A stretch of DNA of 35,735 nt from a virus (IMGVR_UViG_3300033067_001077:1-35735), one strand, 5' to 3'. Numbered from the stretch's first letter, positions 27,085 to 35,558 are shown. Notes: generated by a model not told the origin, from the letters alone. Program-made: numbers and translations.

Positions 27085-27540
27085 ATGGCAGCATACGCAA
27101 GAGTCGCAGTAGCACGCAGTGGAGCGGGATGGACGGTAACTTCCAATGCTGTATCACTAGCAGCCATTGCATCATTCCCAGCAATGTCGGGTGGTGCTGG
27201 TGGAACAGTAACGCACTTTGGTGTGGGTTACGAAGCACTTGGTGGTGCTAACGGACTAGCATTTTTCGGTACAGTCACACCGAATATCGTAGTCTCGAAC
27301 GGAGTGACACCGAAGCTAGACACAGGAACCACCATCACTCAGGCAGCATCGGACGGCATGACTACAGCAGCGGCTAACTCTTTCCTATTGTTGTTTTTTA
27401 ACAACACGGACTGGGCTGTTGTTGGAGATGCGGCTGGTTTGCAGAATTCAGCAGCGGCAGGAAGTTTGTATCTCAGTCTCCACACTTCCAGCCCAGGTGA
27501 AGCGGGCACACAAGCAACTAACGAGATAAGCTACACCTAA
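27085..27540 (+). CDS. small tail-fibre-associated virion protein, apparently circularly permuted
   Basis: Contains both halves of a common phage protein (LLL.FNN...LYLSLHT..PGEAG...NE.SY and YARVAVARS..GW...FP...THFG...GVTP), but in swapped order. Confidence 0.7.
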   Translation: MAAYARVAVARSGAGWTVTSNAVSLAAIASFPAMSGGAGGTVTHFGVGYEALGGANGLAFFGTVTPNIVVSNGVTPKLDTGTTITQAASDGMTTAAANSFLLLFFNNTDWAVVGDAAGLQNSAAAGSLYLSLHTSSPGEAGTQATNEISYT

Positions 27541-27542
27541 TT

Positions 27543-28604
27543 ATGGCAATACTCGGCAGACGCCAAGCATTCAAACCGTTAATCCAACCAGCACTGTATG
27601 CTGTAGAGCTTACTGGTTCAGGTGCAGCGTCGTTCTCAATAACGACTGCTGGTGCTGGAGTTGCCGATGGTATAGGTAGTGGTTCTGCTTCATTCTCGAT
27701 TACAACGGCTGGGACTGGAATTGCGGATGGAATTGGTAGCGGTGCTGTCAGTTTCAATTTTACAGCATCAGCTACGAGCCTAGCGGATGGAATTGGTGGC
27801 GGTGTTTCATCGTTCACGATTACTGCTGCCGCCACAAGTCTGGTTGATACGGTTAGCAGTGGTTCGTCGTCGTTCACCATATCAACAGTTGGCTCGGGTG
27901 CAACAGACAGCGTATCGAGTGGTGCTGTTAGCCTGACAATTACTGTCAGTGGTACGAGTTCAGCAGATGGTACAGGAGGTGGTACTGCCAATTTCGAGTT
28001 AACTGTTGCTGCCAGCGGTATCGGTGATTTCAACGGTACAGGTGTTAGCTCATTCACCGTAGATAGTAGCGGAACTGGACTAGCCGACGCAATCGGTAGC
28101 GGTGCTGTTAGTTTCAGCATTACCTCGGAAGCTACAAGCCTAGCCGATAGCATTGCAGATGGTGCTGTTAATTTCAGTTTCACTCCAACAGCAAGTGGAC
28201 TAGCAGACAGTGTTTCCTCGGGTACAGCGGAGTTTACGTTTACATCAGTTGGTACGAGTTTATCTGATACTGGCAACGGTACGGCTTCATTCTCGATAAA
28301 TGCAGATGCTAGTGGGATAGCGGATGTTGCTGCAAGTGGAGCGTCTAGCTTTGAGATAACCGTTCTCGGTGTATCTGACACAATCGGTATTGGTTCCGCT
28401 ACGTTTGACTTTAGTACAGCAGCAACTGGAACAGCAGACTTCATCGGTTCAGGTGACATTTCATTCTCAGTAACAACTTCTGGCGTTAGTGCCGCAAACG
28501 ATATGGGTAGTGGTTCGGCATCAGTTAGCATGTCGGCAAGTGGAGTATCCCTTGGTGGGTCCATAAGTACGTTGTATTACTATGAATTGCTGCTGGCTAC
28601 TTAA
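27543..28604 (+). CDS. Ser/Gly/Ala/Thr-rich 20-aa tandem repeat protein (fibre-like)
   Basis: About 16 repeats of the type GSGAASFSITTAGAGVADGI. Confidence 0.8.
   Translation: MAILGRRQAFKPLIQPALYAVELTGSGAASFSITTAGAGVADGIGSGSASFSITTAGTGIADGIGSGAVSFNFTASATSLADGIGGGVSSFTITAAATSLVDTVSSGSSSFTISTVGSGATDSVSSGAVSLTITVSGTSSADGTGGGTANFELTVAASGIGDFNGTGVSSFTVDSSGTGLADAIGSGAVSFSITSEATSLADSIADGAVNFSFTPTASGLADSVSSGTAEFTFTSVGTSLSDTGNGTASFSINADASGIADVAASGASSFEITVLGVSDTIGIGSATFDFSTAATGTADFIGSGDISFSVTTSGVSAANDMGSGSASVSMSASGVSLGGSISTLYYYELLLAT
27615..28565 (+). repeat. degenerate 60-bp coding tandem repeat (~16 units)
   Basis: Period-20 aa pattern G.G...F......G.AD; the first units are visibly similar at DNA level. 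Confidence 0.8.
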
Positions 28605-28619
28605 CTTGAAGGAAGGCAA

Positions 28620-29222
28620 ATGAAAAAGAACGTAGCAGGACAAAAAGTTAGGGTCTTTGCGTTTAACCGGACAACCAATGTACCAGTTACAGGTGATGCT
28701 GCCAACATCACTTGCAAAGTAAGCAAGGACAATGGTGCTGCCACTGCTTTAACGGATGTTAATCCGACTGAAACAGAGGACGGGTATTACCTGTTTGATT
28801 TGACCCAGACAGAAACAAATGCGGATACACTTGACTTCTATCCGGAGTCGAGTACACTTAATGTCCAAGTTATTACTGCTAACCATGACCGGCAAACAGT
28901 TGCCGTAATTGGGGACAGTGGTGATCCTGTACCCGCTTTTGATGGAGATGTACCATTCGGTCTAGATGGCCCCGTAGATGTAGATGCGGCATCCGGAGAC
29001 GACGAAAACATTGCAGAATGTCTTCTTAATATACAAACCTTAGTCGGACCTAAAAGTGTCAAGACTAAGGAAGTAGAGATAGAAGCACACGATCCAATGA
29101 AACTACAATTGCTTTGTGAACGATTAAAACCCAAAGCAATCAAATTTGGTCAATTCACGGGTACCTATGTAAAACCTAAGTACAACGATTGTATCTGTGA
29201 ACATCCGAAAGACAGGGAATAA
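28620..29222 (+). CDS. virion protein; C-terminal part possibly a gpW-like head completion protein
   Basis: N-terminal beta domain (VTGDAANIT..VSKD.G...GYY.FDLTQ.ETNAD), acidic linker, then GPKSVKTKEVEIEAHDP; immediately upstream of the portal. Confidence 0.55.
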   Translation: MKKNVAGQKVRVFAFNRTTNVPVTGDAANITCKVSKDNGAATALTDVNPTETEDGYYLFDLTQTETNADTLDFYPESSTLNVQVITANHDRQTVAVIGDSGDPVPAFDGDVPFGLDGPVDVDAASGDDENIAECLLNIQTLVGPKSVKTKEVEIEAHDPMKLQLLCERLKPKAIKFGQFTGTYVKPKYNDCICEHPKDRE

Positions 29223-29224
29223 CA

Positions 29225-30601
29225 ATGTTGACGTCCTTAACGCTACGAAATACCCCAATCGATCAAGATGATTGGAGGCTAATTCCAAGACGAGAATATA
29301 AGATTGCATTAGGTAATCCTATGTTCCGTAAAAAGATACGAGAAGTATCTGCTCAAGAAGATGAAGAGAACAGTTACTACACCGGTATCCTCAATACTAT
29401 AGCTGAACACTGTGTAGGATCAGTTCCACTCATACTAGGAAACCACCCCTCCCCAGAAGCAAACGACGCAGTCGAGGATAAATGGTTGGAGTGGGCTTCC
29501 TCTAATTCAATTGGAACAGCTATCAGACAAATACGTCGAGGGGCTGCTAGGACTGGATTAGGTATCGGTATCCCCTATAAACTGATAGATCCATTAGACC
29601 CTATTGGATTCGGAATCAAAACAGTTTCTTCACTGAGACTGACCAATCCACGTAACGTAGGAATTTTTGATCGTATTTATGACGGTATTGAATACGATGA
29701 AAATTGGGATATCAAGAAGATTTACCTGAAAGAATACGGGGAACAGGATCCAGTCGAATACAATGCCAAAGATGTATTGTTGTGGTTCAAACGAACAACA
29801 GAAGATATGTTGATAGGAATGCCTGAATGCGGACCAGCTTTCTGTTTATTCCCATCAATAAAAAGATATATGAATGCAATTGTTCGAGGAGAAGAATTCC
29901 GATCATGTATTCCTATGGCCATCACGCTAGACAAAGATGTTTATCGGCCAGAAGATTCAGTAGATGTACCGACAGACAGCTTCGAGTACGAACCAGGCTT
30001 CATACCAACACTCCCCCCAGGAACAGAACTCACCGGTATCCCTGTGAGTAATCAATCAGATGATAGAACTAAATTCATCTATCTGATTGTTTCTGCTGCT
30101 GCTCGTTGTGTCCAAATGCCAAGAAACATTGCTCTTGGTGACAGTGCTGATAGTAATATGGCTACAGCAGCTATTGATATTCAACCTTGGATTAACAAAG
30201 TAAAGATCGATAGAGTAGACTTTCAACCAATAGTTCGAAAAGTATTCCAGATGTGGTATGATCGAGCTATCTTGGTAAAGAACTATCTACCGATTCAAGC
30301 AAGATCAGGATTCACATACGCTATCAATTATGATAGTACATTTGAACACCCTGATCCAGGTAAACGAGCAAATGCTAGAGCAGTAGATCTTTCATCCGGA
30401 TCAACTACTCTACACCGTGTTTACACGGACCAAGCTTTGAACCCACGACGAGAGCTAGATAGAGAAGCTAGAACCTTGGGAATCAGCAGACAAGAATTGA
30501 ACGAGATAATTATTGCATCTCGATCAAATGCTCCATTCTTGCTACAAGACCCTGAAGATGAACCAGTAAAGAAAGGAACCAAGAATGGAGATAGAAAATG
30601 A
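29225..30601 (+). CDS. portal protein (lambda gpB-like family)
   Basis: 458 aa, before the protease-capsid gene; ENSYYTGILNTIAEHCVG, IYDGIEYDE, TLPPG, ALGDSADSNMATA, HPDPGKRANA. Confidence 0.85.
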   Translation: MLTSLTLRNTPIDQDDWRLIPRREYKIALGNPMFRKKIREVSAQEDEENSYYTGILNTIAEHCVGSVPLILGNHPSPEANDAVEDKWLEWASSNSIGTAIRQIRRGAARTGLGIGIPYKLIDPLDPIGFGIKTVSSLRLTNPRNVGIFDRIYDGIEYDENWDIKKIYLKEYGEQDPVEYNAKDVLLWFKRTTEDMLIGMPECGPAFCLFPSIKRYMNAIVRGEEFRSCIPMAITLDKDVYRPEDSVDVPTDSFEYEPGFIPTLPPGTELTGIPVSNQSDDRTKFIYLIVSAAARCVQMPRNIALGDSADSNMATAAIDIQPWINKVKIDRVDFQPIVRKVFQMWYDRAILVKNYLPIQARSGFTYAINYDSTFEHPDPGKRANARAVDLSSGSTTLHRVYTDQALNPRRELDREARTLGISRQELNEIIIASRSNAPFLLQDPEDEPVKKGTKNGDRK

Positions 30602-32672
30602 AGCAATAACTAAAGATGATTTATGGTTAGCTAATGAAGCAATAAAACCCGATCCAGAAGCTATCCACATCACTTGTGCAGCTAAAGCATCCATCCCAGA
30701 GAATGGGCCACCAAAGCTAACATTCCAAGGATATAGTGGGGATTCAGTTGATCTTTCTGATTATGGTTTTGACTATCCCGTAGTATACGATATTGCGGGT
30801 ATTCAACTCCAACAGAAAACACCCATCTACTACAATCATTACGATGCTATCGGCCACACAACATCGTTAAGAAAAGTAGACAATGGAACTGCTTTGAGAG
30901 GTAAAGGAGTTGCCTCGTTACCCGGTCCCAATACTACGAAAGTAGTTGAAGGAGCTAAGAACGGATTCCCTTGGCAAGCTAGTATGGGTTTGAAAGTGAG
31001 TAACTGGAAAACCGATATTCGATTGCACGATAAAGGTGTTGTTAAAGTTAATAACCGAGACTTTACCGGACCTATCTACGTTGTTAATAAATCGGTCTTA
31101 CGTGAAATGACTGTTACTCCTTTCGGTCGTGACAGCAATACAAGTTTCGAATTCCTCAACAAGGAGAAAAGAATGGAAATCAAGAATGCTAACACACCCC
31201 CAACTGAAGTTAAGGAAGTAATTCCGCCTGTAACTAAAGTTGAAAACACTCCTCCAGCTGATCCTCCAAAAGAAGAGAAGAAGGAAGAGAAGAAAATCGA
31301 GAATGCTCCACCAGTTGTACCACCCGTACATTCTGGTGTGACAGGTCTCGATCCTGTTACCAAACGGGCTATGGCTCTTCTCAACAAATATCCTGGAAAG
31401 TGGGACCTTATCGAGAAAGGAATCGAGAATGGTTGGGATGATGAATCCATTGACAACAGCATCAAGTTGGCAGAGTTGAATAACAACCTACCAACCCCAC
31501 CCTCCCCAGGATATAAGAAGGGGGATGCTATCGAGAATCAAATGCTGGTCAACATGGCTCTATCTTTCGGTGCTAAACCGGAATATTTGGCCAAGAAGTT
31601 TGATCAGAAATTGGTTGACAATGCTGATTCCCGTCCACAAATGGGTATCCAAGAACTGTTGGTAAATGCAGCCAACATGTCCGGTGGAAACTTCCAAGGT
31701 TATTCCGATCCGGAAGCCGTTTGTAAGTTTCTAAAGAATACAGGATACTCAACGTTCGATCTACCTGACTTTTTCCAACGAGTGGGAACAGTCTTGAAAG
31801 ACGAACGTTGGGAGATCGGTGCTCCATTTGCAACAACAGTTTGCAAGGAAGGTAGCAATCGTGACTTCCGTACCACTGAACGACTCCGTATGACTGGCGG
31901 AGATATGTGGAATCAAGTAGCCGACGATGGTAAGCTTGAACTCTATTCGGCTGGTAATCAGAAGAAGTATCAAACAACATTGGAAACTTACGGAACCATC
32001 TTCACGATGACCCGTAAAGAAGTGGCCAATGATGACATGGATACCCTTGGTGATATGATGGACATGATGGTCGAAGGGGCTATGATGATCCCGGACTATC
32101 AACTTGGCCTTCGTATGATTAATCAAGCTCCAGCAGCTAACACTTTCTGGGTGGATGACGACAATAGCTTTGATAACACGGCTTTGACAGCACCAAACTT
32201 GTCAACAGCTTTCAATGCTATCCGTCAGTACACGGAATCCAAAGCACGGATCAATTGGAACGTGATGCTCAACGAACGTTGGTCATTGATCGTTTCTCCT
32301 AACTTGGAAGAAGCTGCATGGAATCTTATCAAGCAAGATAAGATCGTAAACGATACCACCGCCAACACTAAGACCGGTGACAAGAACTACTGGTTCGGTC
32401 GATTCGATCTTAAAGTGTTTGGTCAAATGGCTAACACAAGTGCTTTCCCAAGTGGAAGCAAATTTGTTGGCAATACGACTTGGATCCTGTGGCCATCGTC
32501 TCTACGATTTGCTCCATACGAAATTACTTACTATCGAGGACAAAAGAAGCCCGTAATCGAAGCAGTCGATATGCCTGCCACATTGCTTGGATTTGGTACT
32601 CGTGGTTATTGGGATGTCAAGATCAACGAACGAGAACGTACTGCTGTATCCCGATACACAGCTACAGCCTAA
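30585..32672 (+). CDS. prohead protease-scaffold-major capsid protein fusion
   Basis: Protease: GYSG...PIYYNH...IGHT...FPWQASMG...LREMTV.PFG.D..T. Pro/Glu/Lys-rich linker. HK97-fold MCP: STFDLP, DFRT, LETYG.IF.MTR..VANDD, LIVSPNLE. Confidence 0.88.
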   Translation: MEIENEAITKDDLWLANEAIKPDPEAIHITCAAKASIPENGPPKLTFQGYSGDSVDLSDYGFDYPVVYDIAGIQLQQKTPIYYNHYDAIGHTTSLRKVDNGTALRGKGVASLPGPNTTKVVEGAKNGFPWQASMGLKVSNWKTDIRLHDKGVVKVNNRDFTGPIYVVNKSVLREMTVTPFGRDSNTSFEFLNKEKRMEIKNANTPPTEVKEVIPPVTKVENTPPADPPKEEKKEEKKIENAPPVVPPVHSGVTGLDPVTKRAMALLNKYPGKWDLIEKGIENGWDDESIDNSIKLAELNNNLPTPPSPGYKKGDAIENQMLVNMALSFGAKPEYLAKKFDQKLVDNADSRPQMGIQELLVNAANMSGGNFQGYSDPEAVCKFLKNTGYSTFDLPDFFQRVGTVLKDERWEIGAPFATTVCKEGSNRDFRTTERLRMTGGDMWNQVADDGKLELYSAGNQKKYQTTLETYGTIFTMTRKEVANDDMDTLGDMMDMMVEGAMMIPDYQLGLRMINQAPAANTFWVDDDNSFDNTALTAPNLSTAFNAIRQYTESKARINWNVMLNERWSLIVSPNLEEAAWNLIKQDKIVNDTTANTKTGDKNYWFGRFDLKVFGQMANTSAFPSGSKFVGNTTWILWPSSLRFAPYEITYYRGQKKPVIEAVDMPATLLGFGTRGYWDVKINERERTAVSRYTATA

Positions 32673-32704
32673 TTAACAATCATTTCAAGTAACAGGAGAA
32701 CCAA

Positions 32705-33205
32705 ATGCCAATTGCAACACCAAATCGGATTGCTGATCCGGTATCTTTGGAAGCATATGAACCACCGTGTATCCTTCGTCAAGAAGGCGGGTTGTTCATC
32801 CCTTTCAAGAATACAAGCACCACTACCTCATTTGTAGCCGGTGAACCAGTATTCTACTTCGGTAGAACATGTATCGTACAAAAGACCATCCTTCCAGGAA
32901 AGATTGGGACATTGATCTCAGACTTTATGGTCGATGCTCTTTTGAACGTGAACCATTCAGGAAATATCACACAAGACTCTCTAGTTTATTGGGATCTTGA
33001 TCTGGATGCTTCCTTAATTATCGGCACCACCACAGTCTCTAGCGGACTGGGAGCAGCTACGAACCAAATACCTTCCAACGGATTTATGTTAGGTAGGGCG
33101 GTGATGGTCAATCCGGACGACACATATACTGCCGTAACTGGCAGCAAACGTGTTCGAGTAGTATCCTTGCCTGGTGCACCAACCACTTACGGTACCTACT
33201 ACTAA
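32705..33205 (+). CDS. capsid cement/decoration protein (DUF2190-like)
   Basis: Directly after the MCP; VAGEPV..G....IVQKTILPGKIGTL...LVYWD...LGRAV...VRV. Confidence 0.65.
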   Translation: MPIATPNRIADPVSLEAYEPPCILRQEGGLFIPFKNTSTTTSFVAGEPVFYFGRTCIVQKTILPGKIGTLISDFMVDALLNVNHSGNITQDSLVYWDLDLDASLIIGTTTVSSGLGAATNQIPSNGFMLGRAVMVNPDDTYTAVTGSKRVRVVSLPGAPTTYGTYY

Positions 33206-33588
33206 TGGCTAACTTCATGCAACAGGGGCTGACGTGGTTTCAAACCCAACGTCAGCTCCATTGTACTGAAGACATATTGATTGGATTCACCAAACTTACT
33301 GCTCAAACTATCAAAGCTACAGCATCAAGTGACGATGCTCAATCCACTCAAAATCATGTTACAATCCAGAAACAGATATTTCATTTCGTAGTAAGACGAA
33401 GTGACTTAGTAAGCAAGTCGATCAAGCTGCAACGTGGATTAAAAATCTGGTACAAACATGATGAGTACGAGTTGACATATGAATCCAAAGATATGTACGA
33501 GTACAATGATCCAACTAGATTGGATATAATACTGAAAGCTGTCCTAGTTGACGATGTAAATCCACTCCACCCATCCTACGGAACGTAA
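33205..33588 (+). CDS. head-tail joining protein (gpFII-like)
   Basis: Position and size; MANFMQQGLTWF...FVVRRSDL...RG.KI. Confidence 0.55.
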   Translation: MANFMQQGLTWFQTQRQLHCTEDILIGFTKLTAQTIKATASSDDAQSTQNHVTIQKQIFHFVVRRSDLVSKSIKLQRGLKIWYKHDEYELTYESKDMYEYNDPTRLDIILKAVLVDDVNPLHPSYGT

Positions 33589-33590
33589 TA

Positions 33591-34082
33591 GTGACTGCTG
33601 TATTACCTGATCTAACAGATACGATGATCACAGCACTAAACTCCGCCCCAGGAGGAACGTGGACGGAGTACACCGTTGGAACGGGTAGCAGTGATTTTGT
33701 TGAAGCTACACCAGTTATTGATCCAGAAACGTTTTTTGAGAGTAAGAAAACTGGTTTGTTTGTTGTACCTGTCACTGTACAATACAATAGACAAGCTAGT
33801 TTGGGTAGACAGAAGATTGTTAGTTTGAATAGAGCACCAGTAATTGCAATCTGTTTATCCTACCGATTTCCTACTGTAGACTCAACCGGTACAGATGTTT
33901 CCACTTGGACGTTAATCAAGAAATTACTAACCCTGAGAGAAGACATTGACACCTACTTGCTCAAGAAACAATGGGACTGGAACATACTAGCAGCGACAGC
34001 AGAACCTGCCCAGGAAATTCCGTTGAAGGCTAGATGGTATCTATCAGTAACAGAGATCGAGTTTGAAGGAATGAGTTGTTAA
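33591..34082 (+). CDS. putative tail terminator / completion protein
   Basis: Position in the head-tail cluster; C-terminal LSVTEIEF strand. Confidence 0.5.
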   Translation: MTAVLPDLTDTMITALNSAPGGTWTEYTVGTGSSDFVEATPVIDPETFFESKKTGLFVVPVTVQYNRQASLGRQKIVSLNRAPVIAICLSYRFPTVDSTGTDVSTWTLIKKLLTLREDIDTYLLKKQWDWNILAATAEPAQEIPLKARWYLSVTEIEFEGMSC

Positions 34083-34103
34083 GAGTATTACTATTCTTAA
34101 CAA
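34076..34103 (+). other. AT-rich hairpin at a gene boundary
   Basis: TTGTTAAGAGTA / TATTCTTAACAA, a 12-bp inverted repeat with one G-U pair and loop TTAC. Confidence 0.45.
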
Positions 34104-34131
34104 TAAGATAATTTGAAGGAATGGCCTGCTA

Positions 34132-34575
34132 ATGTTTGGTATAAAATACTCTACACAACCATTGAGGATTGCTCAGACTTTTACAACAAGAGTCAGAGTG
34201 GCTAAAAGTAGAGCATTGTATCAAGTAGCTGGATTGGTTAAAACTTCAGCTAAGAGAAGCATGAGATTGAGAAGAGGGGCTAGTGTCCCTACTTTTCCAC
34301 CACACGCTCACACTAGAGCAGGTTTAAGAGCTATAGAATTTGTAGTTGACGAAGCAGCTGATGCTGCTATAGTCGGACCTATTAAATTCTCTGGTTCTAA
34401 TTTCTTCAATGAACCAGTGACATTCATACATGAATTTGGTGGTAGCTTTTTATCCAGTAAAGGATATTGGAGATACCCTGAAAGATCATATATGTATTTC
34501 ACTTTGAAAAAATTAGTGGCTAGTGGTAAAATTCCTCAAGAATTTACATTGGCTATGGGACGGGTATTGAGTTAA
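34132..34575 (+). CDS. neck / tail completion protein (HK97 gp10-like)
   Basis: Basic; AKRSMR...S.P..PPH.HT...AIVGP...IHEFGG...YPERSYM. Confidence 0.7.
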   Translation: MFGIKYSTQPLRIAQTFTTRVRVAKSRALYQVAGLVKTSAKRSMRLRRGASVPTFPPHAHTRAGLRAIEFVVDEAADAAIVGPIKFSGSNFFNEPVTFIHEFGGSFLSSKGYWRYPERSYMYFTLKKLVASGKIPQEFTLAMGRVLS

Positions 34576-34639
34576 TCCATGGATATTGAGTATCCTTTAA
34601 TTAACTACTAAGTACTTTCATAAAACAAGGAAACAATAA

Positions 34640-35164
34640 ATGGCTTTGAACACAGAACTCAGCCAATGCGATCGTAAAGGCTCTGAGTTTAGTCTATACT
34701 ACAACTCAGGAAACAATTGCGGTACCCCTGTATGGGTGTATCACAAAGGTGTCACTGGTGATTTGAGCATCAATGAAACGGAAGATGAAGAGGAACTATC
34801 CACTCGTGATCCTGCTCAATTGGTGAAACAATACGTTGAAGCCAAGATTGATGTTGAGATTGCTGGTCAACAAGTAGTAGACCCTCTTTACGAAGGGTGT
34901 CGAATCTTAAACGCTGCTCGATCCGGTGGTTATGCTATGGATTTAGCTGCTCTATCGGGCTACATTACTGATGTCGGTTCAGAAGGGTGGCGAGGTCGAT
35001 TCCGTAACTTTGATCGTAGTCGTACTGGTCCTGAAACTGGTGCTCCTACTCAAACGTTCCGTTTGAAACCAGCAGCTTGTCAATCAACAGATTGTAGAGT
35101 ACGACCTGTATTGATTGCTGTAGCCAATACTGTAGCTGACTACGACCCAACCGTTTACTATTGA
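34640..35164 (+). CDS. major tail (tube) protein
   Basis: Position; LYYNSG...TPVW....VTGDLSINE...E.STR beta-rich siphoviral tube pattern; AAGGA SD. Confidence 0.65.
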   Translation: MALNTELSQCDRKGSEFSLYYNSGNNCGTPVWVYHKGVTGDLSINETEDEEELSTRDPAQLVKQYVEAKIDVEIAGQQVVDPLYEGCRILNAARSGGYAMDLAALSGYITDVGSEGWRGRFRNFDRSRTGPETGAPTQTFRLKPAACQSTDCRVRPVLIAVANTVADYDPTVYY

Positions 35165-35171
35165 TGAAAGC

Positions 35172-35198
35172 TAGTAAACTACTAACAATGGTTTACTA
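35172..35198 (+). terminator. hairpin after the tail tube gene (weak terminator or stabiliser)
   Basis: TAGTAAAC / GTTTACTA 8-bp inverted repeat; no good T-run. Confidence 0.35.
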
Positions 35199-35228
35199 AT
35201 ACACTGTTGATCCCCCTAAGGTGCTCGC

Positions 35229-35558
35229 ATGAGTCGATCTGTCTCGCAAGAAATGTCAGCTGAACAACGTAGAAAAGAATTGTTAGCTGGTTTAGAAAAT
35301 GCAGCTACTGAAGATGAAGTAGTAGTAAACTTCTCTCATCTAGCCCATGCTATAGGTATGGATGCTGCAGAAAGTTTGATTCATACCCTTGTGTCTATGG
35401 AGGGGTTGGTAGCAACCCCCTATAGCCGCAAACCGAAACTGGTGTCTCAGGGGCTATGTTCAATCAACCCCCAAGAGGCCATAGAAGCTATCAAGAGAGT
35501 TCAAGAAAGAACAGAAAGGGCTAGAATTGACCAATTAATGAAACGAAAACCAGGATAA
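35229..35558 (+). CDS. hypothetical protein
   Basis: TAAGGTG SD; follows the tail tube gene. Confidence 0.65.
   Translation: MSRSVSQEMSAEQRRKELLAGLENAATEDEVVVNFSHLAHAIGMDAAESLIHTLVSMEGLVATPYSRKPKLVSQGLCSINPQEAIEAIKRVQERTERARIDQLMKRKPG

Noticed and set aside
27518-28564. 348-aa minus-strand ORF
   Set aside because: Antisense shadow of the low-complexity repeat gene; no independent signals, and all credible genes are on +.
18231-28604. Diversity-generating retroelement acting on fibre genes
   Set aside because: No reverse transcriptase in the window, and I saw no near-identical repeat pair differing only at adenines. The repeats are old and diverged.
3213-34502. Other minus-strand and nested alternative-frame ORFs in the track (e.g. 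17476-17973, 31076-31486, 11586-11888)
   Set aside because: They lie within well-supported + strand genes and show no recognisable motifs.
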